DNA from: an uncultured candidate division Zixibacteria bacterium
GTDB lineage: Bacteria > Zixibacteria > MSB-5A5 > UBA10806
Assembly: GCA_963801605.1 (NCBI GenBank)
Contig: CAWDFP010000005.1
Location: 23,778-87,777, forward strand
Reading direction: 5' to 3'
Length of the DNA: 64,000 nucleotides
Numbering within the stretch: position 1 is the first letter of the stretch; each line of letters opens with the position of its first letter. Position numbers and translations under genes: made by a program. Below are positions 62,583 to 64,000 of the stretch, in pieces. The notes beneath the pieces are model-generated. The model made no database searches. It saw nothing but the letters and a program-made list of their open reading frames with translations, and was not told the origin of the DNA.

Positions 62583-63861
62583 CGATATGATATTAACCGG
62601 CGCCAAAATTATCGATCCGCTATCCGGATATTTCGGCCCCGCAGAAATTGTTGTCTCCGATGGCAAAATCAAAAAGGTCGATAAGCGCAAGAAACGCCCC
62701 TCGCGGGGAAACGGAACTATCGATCTTAAGGGGCTTTATCTCTGTCCCGGATTTATCGATATGCATGTGCATCTGCGCGAACCGGGCCGCGAGGATGAGG
62801 AGACCATTATCTCCGGCGCCGAGGCTGCCGCTGCCGGAGGCTTTACCGCTGTAGCCTGCATGCCCAACACCGAACCCGCTCTCGATAACGCCGAATCGAT
62901 CAAGTATGTCATCGATCGGGCGATGGTGGCCAAGGTCAAGGTCTATCCGGTTGGCGCCATTACTATCGGGCGAAAAGGCGAAGCTCTGACCGGAATGCTG
63001 GAGATGGCGGATACAGGCGCTGTGGCTTTTTCAGATGATGGTAACGGGCTTCAGAACAACCATTTGATGCGTCGGGCGCTGGAGTATAGTAAAACCTGCG
63101 GTGTTCCCATTATCTCGCATTGTGAATATGACGATCTCACATCGGGCGGGGTGATGAATGAAAGTATCGTTTCGACTGTTCTGGGCCTTAAGGGGAATCC
63201 GCCGGTTTCCGAGGAACTGATGGTGGCTCGGGATATCATGCTGGCTGAATATACCGGAGGACGAGTTCATATCGCTCATGTATCAACTGCCGGTTCCGTG
63301 GAGCTTATCAGGCGAGCCAAGAAGGCGAAAATGAATGTCACTGCCGAGGCGACCCCTCATCATTTCACTCTTTCTGATGATCTGGTTAAGAGTTTCGATA
63401 CCAATCTTAAGGTCAATCCGCCGCTGCGCACTAAGGCCGATATCGAGGCGGTAAAAAAGGGGCTTGCGGACGGTACTATCGATGCGATTGCCAGCGATCA
63501 TGCCCCGCATTCGATAGAGGAGAAGGAGTTGGAGTTCGATTACGCTCCCTCGGGGATGATTGGACTGGAAACGACCCTGGGCCTGGCAGTCACCGAGCTT
63601 ATCAAAAAGCGCGTTTTAACATGGCCGGAAATGGTCGCGAAGATGACCCTAAATCCCTCCAGAATCTTAAATATTCCCGGCGGTAGTTTCAAGATCGGCG
63701 GTCCGGCTGATTTCACAGTAATCGACCCCGCGCTTGAATGGATCGTAAGAAAAGAGGATCTCAAATCGTTATCATGGAATACGCCTTTTGCCGATCGCAA
63801 GCTTACCGGCAAAGCGGTAATGACGATTGTCGATGGCAAGATCGTGCATTCGTTGATTTAG
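62575..63861 (+). CDS. pyrC: Dihydroorotase (type I, long form)
   Basis: PGFIDMHVHLREPG, CMPNT, FSDDG, HIAHVST, KVNPPLR, ASDHAPH. Confidence 0.97.
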   Translation: MNNDMILTGAKIIDPLSGYFGPAEIVVSDGKIKKVDKRKKRPSRGNGTIDLKGLYLCPGFIDMHVHLREPGREDEETIISGAEAAAAGGFTAVACMPNTEPALDNAESIKYVIDRAMVAKVKVYPVGAITIGRKGEALTGMLEMADTGAVAFSDDGNGLQNNHLMRRALEYSKTCGVPIISHCEYDDLTSGGVMNESIVSTVLGLKGNPPVSEELMVARDIMLAEYTGGRVHIAHVSTAGSVELIRRAKKAKMNVTAEATPHHFTLSDDLVKSFDTNLKVNPPLRTKADIEAVKKGLADGTIDAIASDHAPHSIEEKELEFDYAPSGMIGLETTLGLAVTELIKKRVLTWPEMVAKMTLNPSRILNIPGGSFKIGGPADFTVIDPALEWIVRKEDLKSLSWNTPFADRKLTGKAVMTIVDGKIVHSLI

Positions 63862-63881
63862 ATTTCTCACATTAATTTATG

Positions 63882-63915
63882 GCGTCAACTCCCCAAAGTT
63901 GGCGCTTTATTTTTT
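63882..63915 (+). terminator. Intrinsic terminator after pyrC
   Basis: GCGTCAACT-CCCCAA-AGTTGGCGC followed by a T-rich tail. Confidence 0.7.
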
Positions 63916-64000
63916 GGAAATAAATAAAAGGCCAGGCTCAGATTAATTGTAACATGGTGCGCGAAGCGTGTTCTAAGCGGTTTTCGATGTAAATTATTTA

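Overview
A gene-dense stretch of bacterial core chromosome in which every gene I can call lies on the + strand. A C-terminal dockerin-like 'GDVNxxGSFNGLDVTY' duplication suggests candidate division Zixibacteria or a related FCB-group lineage (inference). In order: (1) a signalling and motility-regulation cluster, 0.1-5.9 kb, with a GAF histidine kinase whose ATPase domain is degenerate, two lone receivers, a mini chemoreceptor-tip protein, FlgN-like, csrA, fliW, a double-FlgM-motif protein and a DksA-type Zn-finger/PP2C fusion; (2) tRNA-Val, thrS-infC-rpmI-rplT-pheS-pheT-zapB-zapA-rny-ymdB-folD-xseA-merR and tRNA-Pro; (3) secreted accessory proteins, including a Kelch-dockerin protein and a multi-Zn-finger DA1-like metallopeptidase; (4) a ~15 kb envelope/protein glycosylation cluster with three GT-C-type membrane transferases, one a DUF2723/TMEM260 homologue; (5) accA, trm112-like, PTS-IIA, mreCD-mrdA-rodA-lgt-comF, archease-rtcB; (6) MarR, a Cys-less peroxiredoxin-fold protein, a TolC/MFP/RND pump and bshC-bshA-bshB1; (7) cpoB and pyrR-pyrB-pyrC with an attenuator. 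Many essential genes carry small indels, most likely long-read assembly errors. No CRISPR array, rRNA, transposase or integrase was seen. The best candidates for undescribed biology are the flagellin-less sigma28/CsrA/pseudokinase cluster, the DksA-finger-PP2C fusion, the secreted LIM-like DA1 peptidase and the TMEM260-containing glycosylation locus. All family assignments come from motif recognition by eye, not database searches.
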